Assembly: GCA_964016885.1 (NCBI GenBank)
Contig: OZ024742.1
Location: 165,602,001-165,666,000 of the forward strand
Reading direction: 5' to 3'
Source of the DNA: Eledone cirrhosa
Lineage: Eukaryota
DNA length: 64,000 nt
A model generated the notes under the pieces. It had not been told where the DNA came from, made no database searches, and worked only from the letters and a program-made list of their open reading frames with translations. Each line of letters opens with the position of its first letter. Position 1 is the first letter of the stretch. This document shows positions 44,001 through 55,300 of this stretch, piece after piece. The position numbers and the translations under genes are program-made.

Positions 44001-45940
44001 TTACAAATTATCTCCCCCTGATTTTTTTTTACAAATTATCTACGCCTAATTTTTTTTACAAATTATCTCCCCCTGATTTTTTTTACAAATTATCTCCCCC
44101 TGATTTTTTTTACAAATTATCTCCCCCTGATTTTTTTTTACAAATTATTTCCCCCTGATTTTTTTACAAATTATCTCCCCCCTGATTTTTTTAAAAATTA
44201 TCTTCCCTTGGCTGGCGGGAAATTATCTCCCCTTGGACGGCTGGAAATTATATCCCCTTGGAGGCTGGAATTTATCTCCCCTTGGACGGCTAGAAATTAC
44301 CTCGCCTTGGACGGCTGGAAAATATGTCTCCTTGGACGGCTGGAAATTATCTCCCCTTGGACGGCTGGAAATTATCTCCCCTTGGACGGCTGGAAATTAT
44401 CTCCCCTTGGACGGCTAGATATTACCTCCCCTTGGACGGCTGGAAATTATCTCCCCTTGATTTTTTTTACAAATTATCTCCCCCTGATTTTCTTTTACAA
44501 ATTATCTCCCCCTGATTTTTTTTTACGAATTATCTCCCCCTGATTTTTTTTTACAAATTATCTCCCCTTGAACGGCTGGAAATTATCTCCCCTTGGACGG
44601 CTGGAAATTATCTCCCCTTGAAAGGCTAGAAATTACCTCTCCTTGGACGGCTGAAAATTATCTCCCCTTGGACGGCTGCAAATTATCTCCCCTTGATTTT
44701 TTAACAAATTACCTCGCCTTGGACGGCTGGAAAATATGTCTCCTTGGACGGCTGGAAATTATCTCCCCTTGGACGGCTGGAAATTATCTCCCCTTGGACG
44801 GCTGGAAATTATCTCCCATTGGACGGCTAGATATTACCTCCCCTTGGACGGCTGCAAATTATCTCCCCTTGATTTTTTTAACAAATTATCTCCCCCTGAT
44901 TTTTTTTTACAAATTATCTCCCCCTGATTTTTTTTTACAAATTATCTACGCCTAATTTTTTTTACAAATTATCTCCCCCTGATTTTTTTTTACAAATTAT
45001 CTCCCCCTGATTTTTTTTACAAATTATCTCCCCCTGATTTTTTTTTACAAATTATCTCCCCCTGATTTTTTTACAAATTATCTCCCCCCTGATTTTTTTT
45101 ACAATCTCCGCCTGATTTTTTTAAAAATTATCTTCCCTTGGCTGGCGGGAAATTATCTCCCCTTGGACGGCTGGAAATTATATCCCCTTGGAAGGATGGA
45201 AATTATCTCCCCTTGGACGGCTGGAAATTATCTCCCCTTGGACGGCTGGAAATTATCTCCCCTTGGACAGCTGGAAATTATCTGCCCTTGATTTTGTTTT
45301 TACAAATTATCTCCCCCTGATTTTTTTTACAAATTATCTCCACCTGATTTTTTAAAAAATTATCTCCCCTTGGACGGCTGGAAATTATCTCCCCTTGATT
45401 TTTTTACAAATTATCTCCCCCTGATTTTTTTTACAAATTATCTCCCCCTGATTTTTTTTTTACAAATTATCTCCCCCTGATTTTTTTACAAATTATCTCC
45501 CCCTGATTTTTTTTACAAATTATCTCCGCCTGATTTTTTTAAATATTATCTTCCCTTGGCTGGCGGGAAATTATCTCCCCTTGGACGGCTGAAAATTATC
45601 TCCCCTTGGACGGCTGGAAATTATCTCCCCTTGATTTTTTTTACAAATTATCTCCCCCTGATTTTTTTTACAAATTATCTCCCCCTGATTTTTTTTTACA
45701 AATTATCTCCCCCTGATTTTTTTTTACAAATTATCTGCCCCTGATTTTTTTTACAAATTATCTCCCCCTGATTTTTTTACAAATTATCTCCCCTTGGCTG
45801 GCTGGAAATTATCTCCCCTTGGAGGCTGGAATTTATCTCCCATTGGACGGCTAGAAATTACCTCTCCTTGGAAGGCTGGAAAATATTTCTCCTTGGAGGG
45901 CTGGATATTATCTACCCTTGGACGGGTGGAAATTATCTCC
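41080..45940. repeat. Tandem higher-order repeat, period 2424 bp, 2 copies
   Basis: Marker TTGAAAGGCTAG (~42194/44618) and chimeric unit TTAACAAATTACCTCGCC in both copies. ORF pairs 41259/43683, 41784/44208, 43132/45556. Confidence 0.92.
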
Positions 45941-48900
45941 CCTTGGACGGCTGGAAATTATCTCCCCTTGGACAGCTAGATATTACCTCCCCTTGGACGG
46001 CTGGAAATTATCTCCCCTTGATTTTTTTTACAAATTATCTCCCCCTGATTTTTTTTACAAATTATCTCCACCTGATTTTTTTACAAATTATCTCCCCCTG
46101 ATTTTTTTTACAAATTATCTCCCCCTGATTTTTTTACAAATTATCTCCCCTTGGCTGGCTGGAAATTATCTCCCCTTGGAGGCTGGAATTTATCTCCCCT
46201 TGGACGGCTGGAAATTATCTCCCCTTGATTTTTTTTACAAATTATCTACCCCTGATTTTTTTTACAAATTATCTCCCCCTGATTTTTTTTACAAATTATC
46301 TCCCCCTGATTTTTTTACAAATTATCTCCCCCTGATTTTTTTACAAATTATCTCCCCCTGATTTTTTTTTACAAATTATCTACGCCTAATTTTTTTTACA
46401 AATTATCTCCCCCTGATTTTTTTTTACAAATTATCTCCCCCTGATTTTTTTTTACAAATTATCTCCCCCTGATTTTTTTTTACAAATTATCTCCCCCTGA
46501 TTTTTTTACAAATTATCTCCCCCCTGATTTTTATTACAATCTCCGCCTGATTTTTTAAAAAATTATCTTCCCTTGGCTGGCGGGAAATTATCTTCCCTTG
46601 GACGGCTGGAAATTATATCCCCTTGGAAGGATGGAAATTATCTCCCCTTGGACGGCTGGAAATTATCTCCCCTTGGACGGCTGGAAATTATCTCCCCTTG
46701 GACAGCTGGAAATTATCTGCCCTTGATTTTGTTTTTACAAATTATCTCCCCCTGATTTTTTTTACAAATTATCTCCACCTGATTTTTTAAAAAATTATCT
46801 CCCCTTGGACGGCTGGAAATTATCTCCCCTTGGCTGGAAATTATCTCCCCTTGGACGGCTAGAAATTATCTCTCTTTGGACGGCTGGAAATTATCTGCCT
46901 TTGATTTTTTTTACAAATTATCTCCCCCTGATTTTTTTTTACAAATTATCTCACCCTGATTTTTTTTACAAATTATCTCCCTCTGATTTTTTTACAAATT
47001 ATCTCCCCTTGGCTGGCTGGAAATTATCTCCCCTTGGAGGCTGGAATTTATCTCCCCTTGGACGGCTAGAAATTACCTCTCCTTGGACGGCTGGAAAATA
47101 TGTCTCCTTGGACGGCTGGATATTATCTACCCTTGGACGGCTGGAAATTATCTCCCCTTGGACGGCTGGAAATTATCTCCCCTTGGACGGCTAGATATTA
47201 CCTCCCCTTGGACGGCTGGAAATTATCTCCCCTTGATTTTTTTACAAATTATCTCCCCCTGATTTTTTTACAAATTATCTCCCCCTGATTTTTTTTACAA
47301 ATTATCTCCGCCTAATTTTTTTAAATATTATCTTCCCTTGGCTGGCGGGAAATTATCTCCCCTTGGACGGCTGAAAATTATCTCCCCTTGGACGGCTGGA
47401 AATTATCTCCCCTTTATTTTTTTTACAAATTATCTCCCCCTGATTTTTTTTTACAAATTATCTCCCCCTGATTTTTTTTACAAATTATCTCCCCCTGATT
47501 TTTTTACAAATTATCTCCCCTTGGCTGGCTGGAAATTATCTCCCCTTGGAGGCTGGAATTTATCTCCCCTTGGACGGCTAGAAATTACCTATCCTTGGAC
47601 GGCTGGAAAATATGTCCTTGGACGGCTGGATATTATCTACCCTTGGACGGCTGGAAATTATCTCCCCTTGGACGGCTGGAAATTATCTCCCCTTGGACGG
47701 CTAGATATTACCTCCCCTTGGACGGCTGGAAATTATCTCCCCTTGATTTTTTTTACAAATTATCTCCCCCTGATTTTTTTTTACAAATTATCTCCCCCTG
47801 ATTTTTTTTTACAAATTATCTACCCCTGATTTTTTTTTACAAATTATCTCCCCCTGATTTTTTTTACAAATTATCTCCCCCTGATTTTTTTTTACAAATT
47901 ATCTCCCCCTGATTTTTTTTTACAAATTATCTACCCCTGATTTTTTTTACAAATTATCTCCCCCTGATTTTTTTTACAAATTATCTCCCCCTGATTTTGT
48001 TTACAAATTATCTCCCCCTGATTTTTTTACAAATTATCTCCACCTGATTTTTTTTACAAATTATCTCCGCCTAATTTTTTTAAATATTATCTTCCCTTGG
48101 CTGGCGGGAAATTATCTCCCCTTGGACGGCTGAAAATTATCTCTCCTTGGACGGCTGGAAATTATCTCCTCTTGATTTTTTTTACAAATTATCTCCCTCT
48201 GATTATTTTTTACAAATTATCTCCCCCTGATTTTTTTTTACAAATTATCTCCCCCTGATTTTTTTTACAAATTATCTCCCCTTGGCTGGCTGGAAATTAT
48301 CTCCCCTTGGAGGCTGGAATTTATCTCCCCTTGGACGGTTAGAAATTACCTCTCCTTGGACGGCTGGAAAATATGTCTCCTTGGACGGCTGGAAATTATC
48401 GCCCCTTGGACGGCTGGAAATTATCTCCCCTTGGACGGCTGGAAATTATCTCTCCTCGGACGGCTAAAAATTACCTCTCCTTGGACAGCTGAAAATTATC
48501 TCCCCTTGGACGGCTGGAAATTATCTCCCCTTGATTTTTTTTACAAATTATCTCCCCCTGATTTTTTTTTACAAATTATCTCCCCCTGATTTTTTTTTAC
48601 AAATTATCTCCCCCTGATTTTTTTTTACAAATTATCTCCCCCTGATATTTTTTACAAATTATCTCCCCCTGATTTTTTTACAAATTATCTCCCCTTGGCT
48701 GGCTGGAAATTATCTCCCCTTGGAGGCTGGAATTTATCTCCCCTTAGACGGCTAGAAATTACCTCGCCTTGGACGGCTGGAAAATATGTCTCCTTGGACG
48801 GCTGGAAATTATCTCCCCTTGGACGGCTGGAAATTATCTCCCCTTGGACGGCTGGAAATTATCTCCCCTTGGACGGCTAGATATTACCTCCCCTTGGACG

Positions 48901-49219
48901 GCTGGAAATTATCTCCCCTTGATTTTTTTTACAAATTATCTCCCCCTGATTTTTTTTTACAAATTATTTCCCCCTGATTTTTTTACAAATTATCTCCCCC
49001 CTGATTTTTTTTACAATCTCCGCCTGATTTTTTTAAAAATTATCTTCCCTTGGCTGGCGGGAAATTATCTCCCCTTGGACGGCTGGAAATTATATCCCCT
49101 TGGAAGGATGGAAATTATCTCCCCTTGGACGGCTGGAAATTATCTCCCCTTGGACGGCTGGAAATTATCTCCCCTTGGACAGCTGGAAATTATCTGCCCT
49201 TGATTTTGTTTTTACAAAT

Positions 49220-52111
49220 TATCTCCCCCTGATTTTTTTTACAAATTATCTCCCCCTGATTTTTTTACAAATTATCTCCCCTTGGCTGGCTGGAAATTAT
49301 CTCCCCTTGGAGGCTGGAATTTATCTCCCCTTGGACGGCTAGAAATTACCTCTCCTTGGAAGGCTGGAAAATATGTCCTTGGACGGCTGGATATTATCTA
49401 CCCTTGGACGGCTGGAAATTATCTCCCCTTGGACGGCTGGAAATTATCTCCCCTTGGACGGCTAGATATTACCTCCCCTTGGACGGCTGAAAATTATCTC
49501 CCCTTGGACGGCTGGAAATTATCTCCCCTTGATTTTTTTTACAAATTATCTCCCCCTGATTATTTTTTACAAATTATCCCCTGATTTTTTTTTTACAAAT
49601 TATCTCCCCCTGATTTTTTTTACAAATTATCTCCCCCTGATTTTTTTACAAATTATCTCCCCTTGGCTGGCTGGAAATTATCTCCCATTGGAGGCTGGAA
49701 TTTATCTCCCCTTGGACGGTTAGAAATTACCTCCCCTTGGACGGCTGGAAAATATGTCTCCTTGGACGGCTGGAAATTATCGCCCCTTGGACGGCTGGAA
49801 ATTATCTCCCCTTGGACGGCTGGAAATTATCTCTCATCGGACGGCTAGAAATTACCTCTCCTTGGACAGCTGAAAATTATCTCCCCTTGGACGGCTGGAA
49901 ATTATCTCCCCTTGATTTTTTTTACAAATTATCTCCCCCTGATTTTTTTTTACAAATTATCTCCCCCTGATTTTTTTTTACAAATTATCTCCCCCTGATT
50001 TTTTTTTACAAATTATCTCCCCCTGATATTTTTTACAAATTATCTCCCCCTGATTTTTTTACAAATTATCTCCCCTTGGCTGGCTGGAAATTATCTCCCC
50101 TTGGAGGCTGGAATTTATCTCCCCTTGGACGGCTAGAAATTACCTCGCCTTGGACGGCTGGAAAATATGTCTCCTTGGACGGCTGGAAATTATCTCCCCT
50201 TGGACGGCTGGAAATTATCTCCCCTTGGACAGCTGGAAATTATCTCCCCTTGGACGGCTAGATATTACCTCCCCTTGGACGGCTGGAAATTATCTCCCCT
50301 TGATTTTTTTTACAAATTATCTCCCCCTGATTTTTTTTTACAAATTATCTCCCCCTGATTTTTTTTTACGAATTATCTCCCCCCGATTTTTTTTTACAAA
50401 TTATCTCCCCCTGATTTTTTTTTACAAATTATCTACGCCTAATTTTTTTTACAAATTATCTCCCCCTGATTTTTTTTACAAATTATCTCCCCCTGATTTT
50501 TTTTACAAATTATCTCCCCCTGATTTTTTTTTACAAATTATTTCCCCCTGATTTTTTTACAAATTATCTCCCCCCTGATTTTTTTAAAAATTATCTTCCC
50601 TTGGCTGGCGGGAAATTATCTCCCCTTGGACGGCTGGAAATTATATCCCCTTGGAGGCTGGAATTTATCTCCCCTTGGACGGCTAGAAATTACCTCGCCT
50701 TGGACGGCTGGAAAATATGTCTCCTTGGACGGCTGGAAATTATCTCCCCTTGGACGGCTGGAAATTATCTCCCCTTGGACGGCTGGAAATTATCTCCCCT
50801 TGGACGGCTAGATATTACCTCCCCTTGGACGGCTGGAAATTATCTCCCCTTGATTTTTTTTACAAATTATCTCCCCCTGATTTTTTTTTACAAATTATCT
50901 CCCCCTGATTTTTTTTTACGAATTATCTCCCCCTGATTTTTTTTTACAAATTATCTCCCCTTGAACGGCTGGAAATTATCTCCCCTTGGACGGCTGGAAA
51001 TTATCTCCCCTTGAAAGGCTAGAAATTACCTCTCCTTGGACGGCTGAAAATTATCTCCCCTTGGACGGCTGCAAATTATCTCCCCTTGATTTTTTAACAA
51101 ATTACCTCGCCTTGGACGGCTGGAAAATATGTCTCCTTGGACGGCTGGAAATTATCTCCCCTTGGACGGCTGGAAATTATCTCCCCTTGGACGGCTGGAA
51201 ATTATCTCCCATTGGACGGCTAGATATTACCTCCCCTTGGACGGCTGCAAATTATCTCCCCTTGATTTTTTTAACAAATTATCTCCCCCTGATTTTTTTT
51301 TACAAATTATCTCCCCCTGATTTTTTTTTACAAATTATCTACGCCTAATTTTTTTTACAAATTATCTCCCCCTGATTTTTTTTTACAAATTATCTCCCCC
51401 TGATTTTTTTTACAAATTATCTCCCCCTGATTTTTTTTTACAAATTATCTCCCCCTGATTTTTTTACAAATTATCTCCCCCCTGATTTTTTTTACAATCT
51501 CCGCCTGATTTTTTTAAAAATTATCTTCCCTTGGCTGGCGGGAAATTATCTCCCCTTGGACGGCTGGAAATTATATCCCCTTGGAAGGATGGAAATTATC
51601 TCCCCTTGGACGGCTGGAAATTATCTCCCCTTGGACGGCTGGAAATTATCTCCCCTTGGACAGCTGGAAATTATCTGCCCTTGATTTTGTTTTTACAAAT
51701 TATCTCCCCCTGATTTTTTTTACAAATTATCTCCACCTGATTTTTTAAAAAATTATCTCCCCTTGGACGGCTGGAAATTATCTCCCCTTGATTTTTTTAC
51801 AAATTATCTCCCCCTGATTTTTTTTACAAATTATCTCCCCCTGATTTTTTTTTTACAAATTATCTCCCCCTGATTTTTTTACAAATTATCTCCCCCTGAT
51901 TTTTTTTACAAATTATCTCCGCCTGATTTTTTTAAATATTATCTTCCCTTGGCTGGCGGGAAATTATCTCCCCTTGGACGGCTGAAAATTATCTCCCCTT
52001 GGACGGCTGGAAATTATCTCCCCTTGATTTTTTTTACAAATTATCTCCCCCTGATTTTTTTTACAAATTATCTCCCCCTGATTTTTTTTTACAAATTATC
52101 TCCCCCTGATT
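49220..52111. repeat. Third, displaced copy of ~40400-43294 (offset 8817), cut by the gap
   Basis: ORF pairs 40712/49529, 41259/50076, 42169/50986, 43132/51949. TTGAAAGGCTAG marker at 51011. Confidence 0.88.
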
Positions 52112-52311
52112 NNNNNNNNNNNNNNNNNNNNNNNNNNNNNNNNNNNNNNNNNNNNNNNNNNNNNNNNNNNNNNNNNNNNNNNNNNNNNNNNNNNNNNNNN
52201 NNNNNNNNNNNNNNNNNNNNNNNNNNNNNNNNNNNNNNNNNNNNNNNNNNNNNNNNNNNNNNNNNNNNNNNNNNNNNNNNNNNNNNNNNNNNNNNNNNNN
52301 NNNNNNNNNNN
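52112..52311. other. Assembly gap (exactly 200 N)
   Basis: Run of N counted from line coordinates. A round fixed length is typical of a scaffolding placeholder of unknown true size. Confidence 0.99.
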
Positions 52312-55300
52312 CTACTAAAGGTACTATAATATCTCTATATATTACCAGTCTATTTCTATATAGAAGCTACTAAAGGTACTATAATATCTCTATATATTAC
52401 CAGTCTATTTATATATAGAAGCTACTCAAAGTACTATAATATCTCTATATATTACCAGTGTATTTCTACATAGAAGCTACTCAAAGTACTATAATATTTC
52501 TATTATTACCAGTCTATTTCTACATAGAAGCTACTAAAGGTACTATAATATCTCTATATATTACCAGTCTATTTCTATATAGAAGCTACTAAAGGTACTA
52601 TAATATCTCTATATATTACCAGTCTATTTCTATATAGAAGCTACTAAAGGTACTATAATATCTCTATATATTACCTGTCTATTACTATATAGAAGCTACT
52701 CAAAGTACTATAATATCTCTATATATTACCAGTCTATTTCTACATTGAAGCTACTCAAAGTACTATAATATTTCTATTATTACCAGTCTATTTCTACATA
52801 GAAGCTACTAAAGGTACTATAATATCTCTATATATTACCAGTCTATTTCTATATAGAAGCTACTCAAAGTACTATAATATCTCTATATATTACCAGTCTA
52901 TTTCTATATAGAAGCTACTCAAAGTACTATAATATCTCTATATATTACCAGTCTATTTCTATATAGAAGCTACTCAAAGTACTATAATATCTCTATATAT
53001 TACCAGTCTATTTCTATATAGAAGCTACTCAAAGTAATATAATATCTCTATATATTACCTGTCTAGTTCTACATAGAAGCTACTCAAAGTATTATAACAT
53101 CTCTATATATTACCTGTCTATTTCTACATAGAAGCTACTCAAGGTCCTATAATATCTCTATATATTACCAGTATATTTCTATATAGAAGCTACTCAAAGT
53201 ACTATAATATCTCTATATATTACCAGTCTATTTCTATATAGAAGCTACACAAAGTACTATAATATCTCTATATATTACCAGTCTATTTCTATATAGAAGC
53301 TACTCAAAGTACTATAATATTTCTATATATTACCAGTCTATTTCTACATGGAAGCTACTCAAAGTACTATAATATCTCTATATATTACCTGTCTATTTCT
53401 ATATAGAAGCTACTCAAAGTACTATAATATCTCTATATATATACCAGTCTATTTCTACATAGAAGCTACTCAAAGTACTATAATATCTCTATATATTACC
53501 TGTCTATTTCTACATAGAAGCTACTCAAAGTATTATAATATCTCTATATATTACCTGTCTACTTCTACATAGAAGCTACTCAAGCTACTATAATATCTCT
53601 ATATATTACCAGTCTATTTCTATATAGAAGCTACTAAAGGTACTATAATATCTCTATATATTACCTGTCTATTTCTACATAGAAGCTACTCAAAGTAATA
53701 TAATATCTTTATATATTACCTGTCTATTTCTACATAGAAGCTACTCAAAGCACTATAATATCTCTATATATTACCTGTCTATTTCTATATAGAAGCTACT
53801 CAAAGTACTATAATATCTCTATATATTACCAGTCTATTTCTACATAGAAGCTACTCAAAGTACTATAATATTTCTATTATTACCAGTCTATTTCTATATA
53901 GAAGCTACTAAAGGTACTATAATATCTCTATGTATTACCAGTCTATTTCTATATAGAAGCTACTCAAAGTACTATAATATCTCTATATATTACCAGTCTA
54001 TTTCTATATAGAAGCTACTCAAGGTACTATAATATCTCTATATATTACCAGTCTATTTCTATATAGAAGCTACTCAAAGTACTATAATATCTCTATATAT
54101 TACCAGTCTATTTCTATATAGAAGCTACTCAAAGTACTATAATATCTCTATATATTACCAGTCTATTTCTATATAGAAACTACTCAAAGTACTATAATAT
54201 CTCTATATATTACTAGTCTATTTTTATATAGAAGCTACTAAAGGTACTATAATATCTCTATATATTACCAGTCTATTTCTACATAGAAGCTACTCAAAGT
54301 ACTATAATATCTCTATATATTACCTGTCTATTTCTATATAGAAGCTACTCAAAGTACTATAATATCTCTATATATTACCAGTCTATTTCTACATAGAAGC
54401 TACTCAAAGTACTATAATATTTCTATTATTACCAGTCTATTTCTACATAGAAGCTACTAAAGGTACTATAATATCTCTATATATTACCAGTCTATTTCTA
54501 CATGGAAGCTACTCAAAGTACTATAATATCTCTATATATTACCTGTCTATTTCTATATAGAAGCTACTCAAAGTACTATAATATCTCTATATATATACCA
54601 GTCTATTTCTACATAGAAGCTACTCAAAGTACTATAATATCTCTATATATTACCTGTCTATTTCTACATAGAAGCTACACAAAGTATTATAATATCTCTA
54701 TATATTACCTGTCTATTTCTATATAGAAGCTACTCAAAGTACTATAATATCTCTATATATTACCAGTCTATTTCTATATAGAAGCTACTCAAAGTACTAT
54801 AATATCTCTATATATTACCAGTCTATTTCTATATAGAAGCTACTCAAAGTACTATAATATCTCTATATATTACCAGTCTATTTCTACATAGAAGCTACTA
54901 AAGGTACTATAATATCTCTATATATTACCAATATATTTCTATATAGAAGCTACTAAAGGTACTATAATATCTATATATATACCAGTCTATTTCTACATAG
55001 AAGCTACTCAATGTATTATAATATCTATATATATATACCAGTCTATTTCTACATAGAAGCTACTCAAAGTATTATAATATTTCTATTATTACCAGTCTAT
55101 TTCTACATAGAAGCTACTAAAGGTACTATAATATCTCTATATATTACCAGTCTATTTCTATATAGAAGCTACTAAAGGTACTATAATATCTCTATATATT
55201 ACCAGTCTATTTCTATATAGAAGCTACTAAAGGTACTATAATATCTCTATATATTACCAGTCTATTTATATATAGAAGCTACTCAAAGTACTATAATATC

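Larger units (their letters stand above)
1..52111. repeat. Compound satellite array of two interleaved units: A (25 bp, GGAAATTATCTCCCCTTGGACGGCT, 13/25 GC) and B (~26-28 bp, ACAAATTATCTCCCCCTGA+T6-10, ~30% GC), sharing core AAATTATCTCCCC; single orientation throughout
   Basis: Read directly: the core or a recognisable variant recurs every ~21-29 bp from base 1 to the gap. I saw no unique spacer sequence and no inversion. The array is truncated by the window start and by the N gap. Confidence 0.98.

Noticed and set aside
1-52111. CRISPR-like appearance (constant repeat with intervening variable sequence)
   Set aside because: The constant part is only ~13 bp, the intervening sequences are of just two recurring ~12-15-bp types rather than unique 25-45-bp spacers, and there is no leader or cas gene.
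1-52111. Telomerase-synthesised 25-bp repeat as in some budding yeasts
   Set aside because: The array is tens of kb long, with inherited point variants and kb-scale duplications, which indicates recombinational amplification. The sequence does not resemble telomeric repeats I recognise.
309-52329. Well over a hundred short plus-strand ORFs encoding repetitive peptides (LDGWKLSPLGRLEIISPWTAGNYLP; FFYKLSPPD; FFTNYLPLI)
   Set aside because: The canonical 25-bp A unit has no stop codon on the plus strand, so all three frames give the same cyclic peptide. Most starts are TTG, ORFs overlap in several frames, and frames shift with poly-T length. The minus strand lacks ORFs because each core carries TAA. 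These are translation artefacts.
51949-52329. 126-aa ORF spanning the gap
   Set aside because: It reads through 200 Ns and is an artefact.
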